Position numbers and translations under genes: made by a program
Assembly (NCBI RefSeq): GCF_046119375.1
Contig: NW_027362769.1
Location: 361,274,001 to 361,338,000, forward strand
DNA: 64,000 nt
Direction of reading: 5' to 3'
Origin: Phyllobates terribilis
Taxonomy: Eukaryota
Shown: in pieces, positions 62,304-64,000 of the stretch
Layout of the letters: every line of letters begins with the position of its first letter
Position numbering within the stretch: position 1 is the first letter of the stretch
Notes under the pieces: generated by a model
Database searches by the model: none
Told to the model about the DNA's origin: nothing
The model's input: the letters and a program-made list of their open reading frames with translations, nothing else

Positions 62304-64000
62304 ATTACGCATTGATGACTGCAAGAATTAAAAAATACATTATAAATGTTAATATAGCAAAATTACACAATGATAGAATTATGCAAAAGTTTCAGCCCAA
62401 TCCACTACTGTCGTCTGCGACTAAGGAGAAATTGACAGAATATTAGAGGGTTTTTCCTATCTGATAAAATGATAGCATATATTGGTGACATGCAATCACT
62501 TTATGATGGGTCAGGGTCTGTCTTTTGGACCCCCACCAATCCTGAGAATGAAAGGTCTGCAGCTTTCCTGTAGAGTTACATCCCATTTTAATCCACTCCA
62601 TTTTTCTTTCTGTATTTATTCCAGGAGTTATACATATACATACATTTTTTTTTCTCAGCCCACAAAGCCATGTCAGGGCTCGTATTCTGCGTGACGAGTT
62701 GTAGTTTTGAATTACACCATTCACTTTACCATACAATGTACTGAAAAACGGCAAAACAAATGTCAGTGAAATGGTAAAAAAAAAAACACAGCAATTCAGC
62801 TTATTTTTGTTTTGATTGAGTTGGATGTGCTTTAAAAATGTCCTGGGAACATGACTTTCTAGGTCATGATTATGGCAAAGCCATCTAGTGGCCAAACAGA
62901 ACCTTGCAGATATTCACCTGCTGTAACCAATTAGTATTTGTGTACCCTGCTATTTAGATGAGGGGTGCACTAACTTTTTCTGGTCACATTGACTCACTCC
63001 TAATTCCAAATTTGCTTATGAGACATTGATGAATATCATAAGTATAATAGATTCAGGTCTCCCCCCTATCTGGAGAATGGGGGTCTCTGTCTGCCCCCAA
63101 TCAGCAGACAGTGTACACACGTGACTCCTTCCATTGAAGACGATGGGTGCTGTGGTAACAACCGAGCATTTCACAACCCCCATTACCTACAATAGAGGGC
63201 GACATACGTAGACGGTGGCCGATTAACCTAATTCAGGGGTGCTGGCCCTCTCTGGATATATGGGGGGCCCAGAGATGTCCCCTGCTCTGTAGCGGATGAG
63301 CTCTGATTCTTTGTTTATCCTTGAGATAAGCGGCATCAGCAGCACCGGCGCTCCTCATCTCAGGGAGAAGCACACAGAGGAAGCATTCTACTGGAGTCTG
63401 GTTTTCCACCATAGAAGATATAAGGAAAAAAAAAGGGGCAGCTGTGGATGTGTTTTTTTTTGGACTACAACCCCCTTTTGGAGAATCCGTGTAATGTACA
63501 CCAGCCCCCATGCCACAGATAGAAAACACATGTCCCTATGACACTACTCCTTGACTCCAAATCCCTATGACAACAACCTTTTCCACCTATGCTCAAACAG
63601 CTGCGACCAGATGGCCTCCCCCTCTCTACCTGCATCGCCCCTTACTATCACAGCTCCTAGGACTCCCCCCGAGCCCATGACGCTTAGTAACTACAGAGGC
63701 ACCCCTTCCTCACTCACCCGCACACCTACCTACCTTCCTGCCAGGAGCCACAGCCGCACAGACGTCAACAATAACCCCTGAACTCACTGGGCCCCATCGA
63801 CGATCAGCAACCCCGTTGATTGGGCAGCCAACCACGTCAATCATTCAATATTTTTCTATTATTGGCTGTTAACTCTGCCAATCAAGCTGAAGAGGCGGGA
63901 CAAGAACGCCGGTCCTTCATGCTGATTGGATGTCTCTTTTAAGCCCTTTTACAGCAAAAGACCGCCTCCTCTCTCTTTACTGTATTCAAAACACGTGATT

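Overview
Vertebrate genomic DNA, most likely a frog (inferred from the repeat families and protein sequences). It holds three spliced host genes: MRPS34 (4 coding exons, minus), EME2 (8 coding exons, plus, head-to-head with MRPS34, needing one GC-AG intron) and SPSB3 (6 coding exons, minus). To their left is a small replication-dependent histone cluster (H3, a divergent H2A, H4; no H2B or H1 found). About half the window is transposon-derived: a deleted DIRS element, a nested hAT/LTR/Gypsy stack, a dead hAT transposase, MITEs, a V-SINE, Tc1 copies and young CR1 LINEs. The standout is an 8.5-kb Helitron (Rep/Pif1 helicase, decayed) in EME2 intron 5. It is bounded by 64-bp terminal inverted repeats, each a hairpin+CTAG Helitron 3' end. 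It also carries a 2.3-kb foldback array rich in E2F/CHR/CCAAT-like motifs and an N-terminal 23-aa STPR-like repeat. All coordinates and alignments were read by eye; no searches were run.
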